This document shows positions 46,687 through 56,922 of a DNA stretch of 64,000 nucleotides, piece after piece. The stretch comes from an uncultured virus (IMG/VR IMGVR_UViG_3300031281_000001) (taxonomy: Duplodnaviria; Heunggongvirae; Uroviricota; Caudoviricetes). The notes beneath the pieces were generated by a model. It searched no databases, was not told the DNA's origin, and worked only from the letters and a program-made list of their open reading frames with translations. The stretch lies in the IMG/VR virus record IMGVR_UViG_3300031281_000001. One strand, written 5' to 3'. Each line of letters begins with the position of its first letter. The first letter of the stretch is position 1. The translations under genes and the position numbers were made by a program.

Positions 46687-49638
46687 TTATACAGTATTTA
46701 ATTTGTTAGAATATTTTTTAAGAATCCCCACTAAATCATACCCTTCTATTCTAAATACAACTTCACCATCTTTCATGCCCCCTTGTTTCTGCAAATTTTC
46801 TAACTTACCCGGAGGTGTTACGATTTCCCCTGATGTAAGAAGTGCCGGATATGTATCATTAGGGTATCCCGCTGGTACTTTCCCACCTTCTGCAAATTTA
46901 GGTACAATTGATTCCATTGTCGCTCTGGTAGCAGCTGCAATCGCTGCTGCTTTTATAATTGCAATATATGGATTTTTAGAGGTTTTAACTGCCTGTTTTG
47001 CATTGTAAACAACTGCATCTGCAATATAAGCAGAAATAGCATTAATAGTTGCTCGACGTAAAGCATTTCCTAAATCTTGTAAACTTTCAATATTCCCATC
47101 TAATGCTTGTGCAAACTCTCTAGCTACGGTATTCCCTATTTCAGTAGTCCTATTTACTGATTCTTGTTGTGTTTTCAGTTCTTTTAGTTTTTCTATATAG
47201 ATATCTACTAAAGCATTCCCTTTTGGATATATTGAAAACAATAGATCATACATCTGAGAAGTGTACTGTATCTGTTCATCTAATGTTTTCATTGACATTT
47301 CCGAAGCATTAAATGAATCGGTAACCAAAGCGTTATGCAAAGCAATTCGAGCTAATTGGTTATTTAAATTTTCCAATGGGCCACCAACATCTGCTATACG
47401 CATAAAATGTTTTCGATAATCTATTGGTTCAGCAAATTCGGGAGCTTGTACAACAGGAGCCGTTAATTTTTCCATTTCTTTACTGTACATATCTAATGCT
47501 TCTCGTGCATCATCATACATCTTTTTATATGGGTTAGACTTTACAGTTATTTCACTGGCAGTGGTGTTCACTTCTTTTACTTTTGTAATATACTTCTCAT
47601 ATAAAGCCAAAATACCTTCAATAGCCTTACCGTCCATATTCCTTTTTTCAATTAATTCATCAAAACTATCAGCTATTTTTTGCCAGGGCAATCCTGTAAC
47701 TTTTGCTAATGCCATAAGTTCATCAGAAGCAGAAACTGTTTCTTGTTTAACATGCTTAAACCCATTTACAGCATCTTTAAAACCATCATTAGATGTTGTT
47801 ATTACTTCTTTCCAATGTTTTTCATAATCATTTAATGCAACAATCCATGATGTTAATGGGGCTTGTACACCTGTTTCTATTTTAGATAAAGCAGACAACA
47901 TAGATTGTTCATCTTCCATTTGTTGTTGTAAAATAGCATTAATCCTTTCCGTTTGTGTTTGCAAAGCTAACTTAGACGACATTGCTTTTACTGTGTCTTT
48001 TTCAATTTTCTCTATTTCTGCTAATGTTGTTTTTTCAGTTAATAGATTAGGTAAATATTCTCCATATTTTGTATTAATAGTATCAATCAAATTTTTGCGT
48101 ACTTCTGTATTTTCATTCGTTCTTTTTAATGCCCCGAATAAAGAATATAACGAACCCTCTTCATTATTTAAATTTCCTAAAAATGCGGAATGAGCACTTT
48201 CCATTCTTCTTAAAGACTCAGCGTGCGTTATATATTCCCCAGATAAATCAGAAAATGTTCCACTTAATTTAAATAAACCTATTACTAATAAAGATGCAGC
48301 GGTAAGCACAAGCCCCATTGGAGAAATTAAAGCCACAAAAGACATTTTCATAAAATTTAAAGCCAATGTTAAACCAGCTAAAGCTCTGGAAAGTAAACCA
48401 ATTCCTACGGCCAAAGGCCCTATCGCAGCTAAAAATACACCAAATTTTAATACTGTTTCCTGTTGTGCTTTTGTTAAATTAGTAAACCATTTAGTCAATG
48501 CTTGTACTTTTTGTGTAAACCCTTCCATAAAACCAATTATAGGGCCTTTTAAAGCAGCACTAAACTCAATCATCATTTTTTGTGCTGTTGCTACTGCTTT
48601 GTTATATTTAAAATCAATAGTTTTAGTCACTGCTTCAAAAGCCTTAGCACTACTTCCAACAGATTTATTAACAACATCAAACAGTTTTACATTTTCATTT
48701 AATCTGTCTCCTGTTAAGGATAGTACTGGAATAAGGGCGCGTACATTCGGAAATACTTTACCAATCATATCTTCACCAAACTTATTTACAAGTATATTTA
48801 CTTTTTGTAACCCGGCTAACATCCCTTGTCCCGCAAATATATCCCGCATTTCAGCCCCAGAAGTACCCATTGAATGTAATGCTTTTTCTACTTTAGGAGT
48901 GGTATTCAACAGAGTAACCAATATTCTTTTAATTCCAGTCGCTGCTTCGGCAACATTCATCCCTGTTAACGTCACAGAAGCCATTGCAGCTGCAACCTGA
49001 TCAAAACTCACCCCCATTTTGGAAGCTATTGGAATAACATCCCCCATTTGCTTCGCAAAATCAGATGCTTCCCCCTTACCTTCACGTACAGCCGCTGTTA
49101 GTACATCCATAACCCTACTTGCTGTTAAACCTGAATTTTTATATGCATTCATTGCAGAAGTGGCTAAATCAGCTATATCTTTTGTATCACCTAATCCTGA
49201 TGCTGCTGCTTTTGCAGATTGTTCTACTATATTTAACGCTTCCGCACCTTTAAAACCAGACGATGTAACAAAATACAAAGCATCTGCCAATTCCTTTGGG
49301 CCTTTTCCTACTTCAGGGCCAAACGCCAATAATGATTTACTCCAAGCATCTACTTGCGTTTGAGAAACACCAACCAAACCCACAATCTTTTGCATTGAAC
49401 TTTCAAAATCCTTTCCCATTTTAATAGCAGCCCCACCAGCCAATACTAAAGGCAATGTCAAAAACCTTCCGGCAGCCGTTCCAAAATAGTAAATATTACG
49501 TCCTGTTTTATCCAATGTTTTAGCAACAGAAGACAAATTTAACTCTGCTTTCTGTCTAAATTGATTCATTGCTGCCCCTGCTTTATTTAAACCGTGTGTA
49601 TCTACTCCTAATGAAGCTGTTAACGTTCCTATGTGCAT
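46687..49638 (-). CDS. Tape measure protein (TP901-type core)
   Basis: 983 aa, Ala-rich and helical; FLTLPLV.AGGAAIK...DFESSM; downstream of the tail chaperones. Confidence 0.92.
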   Translation of the reverse strand: MHIGTLTASLGVDTHGLNKAGAAMNQFRQKAELNLSSVAKTLDKTGRNIYYFGTAAGRFLTLPLVLAGGAAIKMGKDFESSMQKIVGLVGVSQTQVDAWSKSLLAFGPEVGKGPKELADALYFVTSSGFKGAEALNIVEQSAKAAASGLGDTKDIADLATSAMNAYKNSGLTASRVMDVLTAAVREGKGEASDFAKQMGDVIPIASKMGVSFDQVAAAMASVTLTGMNVAEAATGIKRILVTLLNTTPKVEKALHSMGTSGAEMRDIFAGQGMLAGLQKVNILVNKFGEDMIGKVFPNVRALIPVLSLTGDRLNENVKLFDVVNKSVGSSAKAFEAVTKTIDFKYNKAVATAQKMMIEFSAALKGPIIGFMEGFTQKVQALTKWFTNLTKAQQETVLKFGVFLAAIGPLAVGIGLLSRALAGLTLALNFMKMSFVALISPMGLVLTAASLLVIGLFKLSGTFSDLSGEYITHAESLRRMESAHSAFLGNLNNEEGSLYSLFGALKRTNENTEVRKNLIDTINTKYGEYLPNLLTEKTTLAEIEKIEKDTVKAMSSKLALQTQTERINAILQQQMEDEQSMLSALSKIETGVQAPLTSWIVALNDYEKHWKEVITTSNDGFKDAVNGFKHVKQETVSASDELMALAKVTGLPWQKIADSFDELIEKRNMDGKAIEGILALYEKYITKVKEVNTTASEITVKSNPYKKMYDDAREALDMYSKEMEKLTAPVVQAPEFAEPIDYRKHFMRIADVGGPLENLNNQLARIALHNALVTDSFNASEMSMKTLDEQIQYTSQMYDLLFSIYPKGNALVDIYIEKLKELKTQQESVNRTTEIGNTVAREFAQALDGNIESLQDLGNALRRATINAISAYIADAVVYNAKQAVKTSKNPYIAIIKAAAIAAATRATMESIVPKFAEGGKVPAGYPNDTYPALLTSGEIVTPPGKLENLQKQGGMKDGEVVFRIEGYDLVGILKKYSNKLNTV

Positions 49639-49640
49639 TT

Positions 49641-50081
49641 TTACAAGTTTTTAGGTGAATTATCAACTTTTTTAAGCTTACGTGGTGGGGGACGTTGTGT
49701 CTTTTTTCTTGCCTCCCTTTTATTTTGAGTATTTGCAATACTTAATAAAATACCCTTCATTTCCTCCACAGACTGTTTTTTGTCAATAGATGTTTCCTTT
49801 TCATCCAACCAATCTGGCATCTCATCTATTATAGAAACTAAAATAGGTTCTTTCCCTTTTTCACAATACAACGTATTTACTATATTTTGTATTAATGCAG
49901 TAAGTTTAGCAAACCTAAAATCATCCCTCCAAGTACCAATTGGATCTATCTTATCGTATGCTTCCCATTCAGCTATTTGAAAAGCATTAAGATGATCCAA
50001 AAGGTAATCAGGATGTACTATTCCAAGTTCTCTACAAAGCCGGAACTGGAATTGTCTTCCAGGCCGGCATCTGAGTTTTTT
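49641..50081 (-). CDS. Tail assembly chaperone GT extension (-1 frameshift product)
   Basis: The -1 frame after A AAA AAC reads KLRCRPGRQFQFRLCRELGIVHPDYLLDHLNAFQIAEWEAY..., in frame with the track ORF 49641-50000. Confidence 0.8.
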   Translation of the reverse strand, partial: KKLRCRPGRQFQFRLCRELGIVHPDYLLDHLNAFQIAEWEAYDKIDPIGTWRDDFRFAKLTALIQNIVNTLYCEKGKEPILVSIIDEMPDWLDEKETSIDKKQSVEEMKGILLSIANTQNKREARKKTQRPPPRKLKKVDNSPKNL

Positions 50082-50449
50082 ACCATCTCCTCCTTATCCT
50101 GGTCAGTAATTTTATTTAACTTTTGGGATGCTTCAATTATTTTTTCCAATTTGTCAATACGCATATTTCTACTTAATGCAACATAATCATTGTGTCGAAG
50201 TAGCAATTCCCCTTTTTCATCACAAATAGTTAACACTGCAAGTTTTGCCCTGAAATCTTCCATTGCACGGTCAAATCCTTTTATATTCCCCTTACTATCC
50301 GTTTTTTCTTTCATGAGGGATTGTTCAAATTTATCTCTTTCATGTCCAGTCATGCAACGAACATATATATACTCATCTTCCCCCAAATCAACCTTTTCTA
50401 CTTTAAGGTCATCCTTTTTTAATAAATCTTCTCTGTTTAAAAGTGCCAT
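50018..50449 (-). CDS. Tail assembly chaperone G
   Basis: Lies between the tail tube and tape measure genes; slippery heptamer at 50075-50081. Confidence 0.85.
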   Translation of the reverse strand: MALLNREDLLKKDDLKVEKVDLGEDEYIYVRCMTGHERDKFEQSLMKEKTDSKGNIKGFDRAMEDFRAKLAVLTICDEKGELLLRHNDYVALSRNMRIDKLEKIIEASQKLNKITDQDKEEMVKNSDAGLEDNSSSGFVENLE

Positions 50450-50508
50450 AATTTTTTGATTAAAAACTTGTTAAAAATAATTCTTGATTAGAATTAAATA
50501 ATACTTAA

Positions 50509-50940
50509 TTAAGTTCCAGAACCCGAACCACTATTAATCACAACTTGTCCAGAAATTTGGATAGTTACATTTACTGTGATCTTATCATCAGCAGGAATAG
50601 TTAATGGTAAATCAATTACCAAACCTTCAAATTCTAATGAAGTAGCTTCATCATCCGGAAGTAATATTTCGTAATTTCTTGCCACATCACTTTCAAAATC
50701 ATCTTTCATAAGATCATATGTTGATCTTGTAAAGTTCATTGCAAGTACAACTGTGCCAGCATTACGAAAACCCGTTATAAATTCCCTATACCCCCCAGTA
50801 GAACTAAGGGAGGTAACGTCTATTGTGTCCCTGGACATACCAGGGCCTGTGATGGAATTAATTTCTGCAATTTCTACCCACTCAGTACCAGACCATCTGC
50901 GAAATTCGGTTCCAACTCCAGCTTTTGCGTTACTAGCCAT
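50509..50940 (-). CDS. Major tail tube protein
   Basis: IAEINSITGPGMSRDTIDVTSLSS.GGYREFI.G.R..G. Confidence 0.88.
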   Translation of the reverse strand: MASNAKAGVGTEFRRWSGTEWVEIAEINSITGPGMSRDTIDVTSLSSTGGYREFITGFRNAGTVVLAMNFTRSTYDLMKDDFESDVARNYEILLPDDEATSLEFEGLVIDLPLTIPADDKITVNVTIQISGQVVINSGSGSGT

Positions 50941-50957
50941 ACATTTTTCCTCCTTTT

Positions 50958-51359
50958 TTAAAATCTGCGTTGAATATTAAAATTTACAATAAATCGAGCA
51001 TTCGCACCATCATCCCAATCGAGCAACGCAGGACCACTCGAACAGTAGATAACCGAATATAAAGATCCACCCCATGTCTCTTTTGCCCGGCCATGTAATG
51101 AATCTTTAATTTTTTGAGTCAATGTCATTCCATCTATATAATGTTTATTTCTAACTCTTATTTGAATAGATGGATATTCATAATTTCCTCCTTTACCATC
51201 AAGAGTAAGTTGAGGAGGAAATCCTGGCGTATCAAATATGGTAACAGTATCTTTAGGAGTAGCAGGTTCTTTACCAATAAACAAATTACTGGCAAAAACC
51301 AATCCTAAACTACTATCAACTTCCAACATATCTGCAATATCTTTTGAGGTAGCATTCAT
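50958..51359 (-). CDS. Tail terminator-like protein
   Basis: LFIG.EP..P....TIFDTPG...PSIQIRVR...NF.IQR; position in the neck module. Confidence 0.7.
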   Translation of the reverse strand: MNATSKDIADMLEVDSSLGLVFASNLFIGKEPATPKDTVTIFDTPGFPPQLTLDGKGGNYEYPSIQIRVRNKHYIDGMTLTQKIKDSLHGRAKETWGGSLYSVIYCSSGPALLDWDDGANARFIVNFNIQRRF

Positions 51360-51850
51360 TTGATTTGTGCGTTTTCTTTTATTATTTTCAAAATAGTATC
51401 CTTATTAGCATATACTGCCCTTTGAAAGAATTTAGGCCCAGAGTTTTTTCTTTTCCAATTTATGCCAGGGTCTATCATTTCATGCACAGGAGCTGCATAA
51501 TTTGCCCCAAATCCAATCACTAAAAACAAAGCATTAGGATTAGATTGTGTCATTGTCACCGCTTCACCCACTGCTGCACTATACTGTTGTTCAATGTTAC
51601 TTGCATTATCACCTTTAAAAGAAGGAGGGTTCGACTCTACTTTTTTAGCAGATACCACAAACCAAGATGCTCGTAAATTCCCGTAATCTACAGGAATAAC
51701 AGGTGGAGTATGATCCATATCACGCCTGATCTTTATGGCGGATTTCAAAAGACCTTTCATTGTCCTACCTTTTATATTTTTAATCTCAGCATTTAAATTT
51801 TTAAATACTTCATCAAACCCCTTAATATGCCCTGATCCTGCATATGCCAT
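51356..51850 (-). CDS. HK97 gp10-like tail completion protein
   Basis: PVDYGNLRAS, ANYA..VHE and PKFFQRA. Confidence 0.75.
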   Translation of the reverse strand: MAYAGSGHIKGFDEVFKNLNAEIKNIKGRTMKGLLKSAIKIRRDMDHTPPVIPVDYGNLRASWFVVSAKKVESNPPSFKGDNASNIEQQYSAAVGEAVTMTQSNPNALFLVIGFGANYAAPVHEMIDPGINWKRKNSGPKFFQRAVYANKDTILKIIKENAQIK

Positions 51851-52242
51851 TATACCATATTTTTACTTGACAAATATACTTTACGTAAGAACTTACTATT
51901 TGATCCTAATACAGGTGTTTTATCAAATCGTTTTATAATTGCAGCCCCTTCTACATCTTTAGGGTCAATAGTTACTCCTGCACTGTCACTTTCGTACAAA
52001 GCATCCAAAGTACCTAACCACAAACATCCTTCTTCGTCAACATCCTGAGAAATATATACAATAGACTTTGCAATAAGCTCATCCCCATTTGGAGCGACAA
52101 ACACCTCATTTCTATCTTCCCATCTGCATTGTATTTCAACAGGTGAATCAAAAGTTTTGTCACCATAACCATCATTTACTGGGTTTCCCCAGTAAACAGC
52201 AGTTTGATCTAAGTTTCTCTCTATGATATTAGCTATTCCCAT
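51850..52242 (-). CDS. Head closure / head-tail adaptor protein
   Basis: QTAVYW....DGYG...F..PVEI.CRWED; position in the neck module. Confidence 0.7.
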   Translation of the reverse strand: MGIANIIERNLDQTAVYWGNPVNDGYGDKTFDSPVEIQCRWEDRNEVFVAPNGDELIAKSIVYISQDVDEEGCLWLGTLDALYESDSAGVTIDPKDVEGAAIIKRFDKTPVLGSNSKFLRKVYLSSKNMV

Positions 52243-52244
52243 GA

Positions 52245-52628
52245 TTAATCATCAAAACTAGTTATTGCATAAATATTAGCAGACCTCTTACCTGCATAAT
52301 TCGCCATCTTTCCAGTTACATCTAATTGAAGTGCCATCTGTCCAAATGGTGTAGAAGAAAGGAAATCTGCATATTTCCCTGTATATTTTACTTGAGCTTC
52401 TCCAACCTTTTCTTCAATCGTTGTTCTGTAGTTAGGTGTTGATGCAACCATATGTGCCGTAAACCACCTGGAAATCTCTTTCTTTAAAGTATCCGTAATA
52501 TCCCCATCCCCTTCAAATACTTTATCAATAACAGCTTCCGCAGCAGCCATACATGCAGCTATCAAAGCATCTGGAATCGTAGTATCATCCATTATTTCTC
52601 TTATTTCAATTGCTGTAATTAGTGCCAT
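52245..52628 (-). CDS. Head-tail connector protein
   Basis: WFTAHM...EKVGEA.V.Y...L.STPFGQ.AL.LD. Confidence 0.7.
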   Translation of the reverse strand: MALITAIEIREIMDDTTIPDALIAACMAAAEAVIDKVFEGDGDITDTLKKEISRWFTAHMVASTPNYRTTIEEKVGEAQVKYTGKYADFLSSTPFGQMALQLDVTGKMANYAGKRSANIYAITSFDD

Positions 52629-52629
52629 T

Positions 52630-53316
52630 TTATTCTCCTTTCTTTCTTTGAGGACTATTTTGTAATAAAGACTCCGCTAATGCAACTACATTACTATTCC
52701 AAGATAACCCAACCCATTTGAGTAATTCATGTATTTGACAATAGTCACCATACACCATACGTTCAGGCCAAATTACTTTACAATTTAAACCACTTTCAAT
52801 CATTTCAATGAATAATTTTTCATGTTGATGAACCCACCACAACCATCCGTCATTTTCCGAATCAGCCCCTACAGCCTTTTGATTTACTTTTAATTTAAAT
52901 GTATCCATATACGCCGTTTTCATGCACGAAGAAATAATATCACCCGTACGTCTACGAACTATAACATATTTAGCATTTGGAAAAGCACAACTCCAAACGG
53001 GCCATACTTGCGCAATTCGTGAACTTTTATATAACCATGTAACATCACTGTATAGTTGTATTCTCAATTTGACTTCCTTAGCCCAATTAACAGGAATTAA
53101 AAGTTCTTTAGTATCTGGAAGTGGGTAACGACCATTTTTATCAACATGCAAATCTGAATAGTATTTATCTACCAAGTTCTTAACTTGATCATTTTCCATC
53201 ATTTCACTCGTTCGCCCCGTGTATGCCCCGCACATTTGCAAAATTCTTGCAATAATAGAACTTCCTGATCGTTCTATTCCTGTAACAAAAATCGGTGAAT
53301 CAATTACATTCATCAT
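52630..53316 (-). CDS. Sulfotransferase-family protein
   Basis: PIFVTGIERSGSS (PAPS-binding loop-like) and FPNAKYVIVRR...DI.SS. Confidence 0.7.
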   Translation of the reverse strand: MMNVIDSPIFVTGIERSGSSIIARILQMCGAYTGRTSEMMENDQVKNLVDKYYSDLHVDKNGRYPLPDTKELLIPVNWAKEVKLRIQLYSDVTWLYKSSRIAQVWPVWSCAFPNAKYVIVRRRTGDIISSCMKTAYMDTFKLKVNQKAVGADSENDGWLWWVHQHEKLFIEMIESGLNCKVIWPERMVYGDYCQIHELLKWVGLSWNSNVVALAESLLQNSPQRKKGE

Positions 53317-53924
53317 AAATAACTATTAATAAGTTGACGTCTATTCTTTTTACGAGACACTGAATCACAAGTACGAATTATTTGTTTAGGATGCCTACGA
53401 TACCCTTCAAATGCAAAATCAATATATCCAATATTAAATCTTGCTTTTAAACATCTTAAATTAAATTCCAACTCTTCAAACGAGTGCATTTTGGGATCTT
53501 CATTAAAACCCCCTATTTTTTCAAATACTTCTTTACGATATATTAAAGAACTACTATGAATTACATTCTTTTTAAGAAGATCATTTAAAGTAGGTAGTTT
53601 AATTGATGGTACATATGTCTTTGAATAAAAACCAACATCTAAATACATTTCACGAGCATTTCCATGAGCAAAATGCACATTTTCAAATGTAGGGGATTCA
53701 AATGCTTTGATATATTGTTCAATAGCCCCTGGAAGAAGTATATCATCTTCATGTAAGAATTTGATTAAATCCCCTTGAGCTTGTGGAAGAGCTTTATTGA
53801 AATTCCGAGGCCAATTTCCATTTCCCTGACTCAAAATTAATTGAACATCAGATGGAACACTATCAATTGCTTGTTTGAGCCATCCTCTATCAATTTTATA
53901 TGGTATAATTATTGTCACTTTCAT
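53313..53924 (-). CDS. Glycosyltransferase, GT2-like
   Basis: VTIIIP, FLHEDD, FEKIGGFNE and EELEF.LR. Confidence 0.85.
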   Translation of the reverse strand: MKVTIIIPYKIDRGWLKQAIDSVPSDVQLILSQGNGNWPRNFNKALPQAQGDLIKFLHEDDILLPGAIEQYIKAFESPTFENVHFAHGNAREMYLDVGFYSKTYVPSIKLPTLNDLLKKNVIHSSSLIYRKEVFEKIGGFNEDPKMHSFEELEFNLRCLKARFNIGYIDFAFEGYRRHPKQIIRTCDSVSRKKNRRQLINSYL

Positions 53925-54595
53925 AATGGAACGGAATTAATATACTCATTTATCCATCCAATACGTGATGCTGCAAATATACGAGGTTTTCCATGAAAAC
54001 ACACAATTTTTGTATCATTTGGCAACGACATTAGTAATTCACGGGTCCTCGGTTTGAAATCTTTAATTCCATTAGTCATACTTTGCCAATACAGATCAGC
54101 CGATATATGTTTCTTTAAAAAATAATCCATTCTTTTACCCACCATTTTATTGGGATGCCAATTATTCCAAACCTGCTTTATTTTTTCGGAATTAGCCGGA
54201 AACCAAACCAATCCAGTTGCTAATTGCCCCTTTTGCCAAAAATCTTCAAGGGTAATAAATTTAGTAGGATCCGTTACTAAGTCAAAAAAATACTCTACAG
54301 AATCAATAACAGCAGTATCCAAATCAATGTATAAGAACGGTCTGTATTTTTCCATTTCCGGACTATACAATTGCATTCTTGACCAAGTTCCAATATAATT
54401 ATTTCTTAAAGGGATTACTTCAACACCTACTGTTAAAGAAAATTCAACATCAGTCTGATCCCACAAACAAATAACTCTTGGTCTGATTTCAGATTTCCAT
54501 TTTGTATTTATATGATGTGCAATCAATTCAACATCATTAAAAGTAAAATCTCCACTACTTTTTAAAACTAATACAACTGTACGTCTATTTTCCAT
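53921..54595 (-). CDS. Glycosyltransferase, GT-A fold (GT8-like)
   Basis: W....LY...LYIDLDT and IVCFHGKPR. Confidence 0.75.
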   Translation of the reverse strand: MENRRTVVLVLKSSGDFTFNDVELIAHHINTKWKSEIRPRVICLWDQTDVEFSLTVGVEVIPLRNNYIGTWSRMQLYSPEMEKYRPFLYIDLDTAVIDSVEYFFDLVTDPTKFITLEDFWQKGQLATGLVWFPANSEKIKQVWNNWHPNKMVGKRMDYFLKKHISADLYWQSMTNGIKDFKPRTRELLMSLPNDTKIVCFHGKPRIFAASRIGWINEYINSVPL

Positions 54596-55553
54596 TGTAT
54601 TTGCTCCTATAAAAATTTATAACATCATGAATTATATATTCACGATCATATATTGGACACCACTCCAATTCACTACTTATTTTTTCAGAGTTCGGAACTT
54701 TGTCCCAAGTCTCTTCGAAAAGAGGTCCATGTATCGTTTTAGGATCTACATGTATAATCTTACTTTTACTCTTCGTAACTTCCTTTACACAATTGGCAAT
54801 GTAATTAATGGTTGAAATATTATGTGAATTTCCAATGTTCCAAATTTGATTATATTTGTTCATGGTAGAAACTAAATAAATACCATCAACAATATCTTTT
54901 ACGTGTGTAAAAGCCCGAACCTGTTCACCATTCCCGAACACTGTTATATCTTTCCCTTCCAAAGCTTGTGTAACGAATGTAGGTAAAACAAATCCCCCTG
55001 CTTTTAATTGTCTTGCCCCACTAATGTTGAAAGGACGAACAATTTGATATTTTAAATTGGATGTTTTTGCAGTATTACAAAGAACAATTTCAGCAAGTAG
55101 TTTTGCCTGGGCGTATTCATTCCGAACCGAAAATTCACCGACAAGCACCTTGTCATCGTTTTCTTTCAACATTATTGCATGATCCCTATATCCGTATATT
55201 TCCGAAGTCGAAACGAATATCAAAGGGCAGTTCCTATTAATTTTGGCTCCTAAAATGACTCTATAGGTATCTTCAAGAATCATATTTGCCATTTGCCCCG
55301 AATGTTTAAGAACTCCAACAGGGCCAACCGGACTTGCATAATGAAGAATCAAATTAAATTGGGTTGAACCCCAATTATAATCCAAAAGATCACAAATAAC
55401 AACATTTACATCTTTACAAATCGGGTCATCAGGTGTAATAACACTGGATGAAAGATTATCAACAACGGTAACGTTCCACCCCTCGGCCTTGAATTTCTCA
55501 ATTGAATGAGAACCAAGAAATCCTAATCCACCTGTTATTAAAACATTTTTCAT
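54585..55553 (-). CDS. NAD-dependent nucleotide-sugar epimerase/dehydratase (UDP-GlcA decarboxylase-like)
   Basis: ITGGLGFLGSH, STSEIYG, YAQAK and ITVFGNGEQVRAFTHVKD. Confidence 0.9.
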   Translation of the reverse strand: MKNVLITGGLGFLGSHSIEKFKAEGWNVTVVDNLSSSVITPDDPICKDVNVVICDLLDYNWGSTQFNLILHYASPVGPVGVLKHSGQMANMILEDTYRVILGAKINRNCPLIFVSTSEIYGYRDHAIMLKENDDKVLVGEFSVRNEYAQAKLLAEIVLCNTAKTSNLKYQIVRPFNISGARQLKAGGFVLPTFVTQALEGKDITVFGNGEQVRAFTHVKDIVDGIYLVSTMNKYNQIWNIGNSHNISTINYIANCVKEVTKSKSKIIHVDPKTIHGPLFEETWDKVPNSEKISSELEWCPIYDREYIIHDVINFYRSKYNGK

Positions 55554-56314
55554 ATACTCGTTACTTTACGATATTCTGTTTTATAATCATCTTTCATAAA
55601 TAATCTTGTTCTTGATGGCCCCCCTTTACTGCTTTTTATTCTCTCTTTAAACATAATTCCTAATTGGGAATGTGACCAATCTTTCCAATTTGCTTCAATC
55701 GCAGGAACATGATCACCTATTTTTCCATCATATTTAAAATAAGGTTCTTCACAAACCATTCTTTTAACTTCACTACTCGTCACCTTCCATTTATGACGAA
55801 ACCAAACCCCCGAATATTTACAAGCTTCTGCCCCTTTTGGAAATAAAGGGCTTTTCCAAGACTGATCATATTCAGCTTCCTCAGATTCATAATAAGCCAA
55901 ATTTGCTAACCGTAATCTTAATACAAAGTCATCATCTTCAAAACCACCACCAAAATACCCTTCATCCCACCATCCAATTTTACGAATCAATTGTTTTGAA
56001 AAACCCATAAAACCAACACTGTATTTGGTGGCCATTGCAAAACCATTCTCTAACAATTGAAGTATGTGTTTTGCATCAAAAAATGTAGGCTTTACACGGT
56101 CATTAAGAAATAACATATACTCTGTTGGAGAAGTTACAATTGAATGATTAATCAATTCTGAAAAGGAATCGTAAGAACCAGGATGTCGATCAATACGATT
56201 GTTCCAATATACCTTGTAATAATCATTTAAACCTTCTAAAGCATCCATTTGATCATTTACCACTTTCATATTGCAACCACAATGTAAGCAAATAGTTATT
56301 TCTTTTATTTTCAT
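55550..56314 (-). CDS. Glycosyltransferase, GT2-like
   Basis: LFLND and IGWWDEGYFGGGFEDDDFVLR. Confidence 0.75.
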   Translation of the reverse strand: MKIKEITICLHCGCNMKVVNDQMDALEGLNDYYKVYWNNRIDRHPGSYDSFSELINHSIVTSPTEYMLFLNDRVKPTFFDAKHILQLLENGFAMATKYSVGFMGFSKQLIRKIGWWDEGYFGGGFEDDDFVLRLRLANLAYYESEEAEYDQSWKSPLFPKGAEACKYSGVWFRHKWKVTSSEVKRMVCEEPYFKYDGKIGDHVPAIEANWKDWSHSQLGIMFKERIKSSKGGPSRTRLFMKDDYKTEYRKVTSI

Positions 56315-56922
56315 AATAAATTTTTATCACAAATAATCAAAACATCATGATCATTCCCTTTTATATACCTACGATCATCAATATAAACACAATGCTGAAT
56401 ATCTTTTGGAAATTGTTCCATAATCAATTGCAACATACGTTTCTTTTCTTTCAAAGATTTAATCCAACATGCAGCATCTTCAATAATTAAAATCCCATCG
56501 TTTTTAAGTAAATTCAAATAATTATTAACCACAAAAATTTGTTCACCCACTACATGAGAGCCATCATCAATAATAATATCAAATTTACCTAGTTGAGTTA
56601 ATTGTTGTATAGTTACATAACTATATGCATTCGCTTGTATTGCATGTATATTACTATATAATGGAACATTCACTTGCCTCAAATCACAATCAATTCCATA
56701 AATAATAGAATTACTAAAATATTCAGCCCACAAATTTAACGAATCCCCTTGATATACCCCTATTTCCAATATTTTAATTTTCTTTTCTCTAAATCTTGAG
56801 AATAAAACATTATATAATGAAAGATAAGTATGATTATTTTCCCCATACTTATCTGTAGTATGCTTTTTTTCAAAGTATATATCAATTAAATTACTCATTG
56901 CATCATTTTTACCAATGACCAA
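56311..56922 (-). CDS. Class I SAM-dependent (sugar O-) methyltransferase
   Basis: TDK...H.Y, ILEIGV..G.SL..W, FDIIIDDGSH and GILIIED. Confidence 0.85.
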   Translation of the reverse strand: MVIGKNDAMSNLIDIYFEKKHTTDKYGENNHTYLSLYNVLFSRFREKKIKILEIGVYQGDSLNLWAEYFSNSIIYGIDCDLRQVNVPLYSNIHAIQANAYSYVTIQQLTQLGKFDIIIDDGSHVVGEQIFVVNNYLNLLKNDGILIIEDAACWIKSLKEKKRMLQLIMEQFPKDIQHCVYIDDRRYIKGNDHDVLIICDKNLL

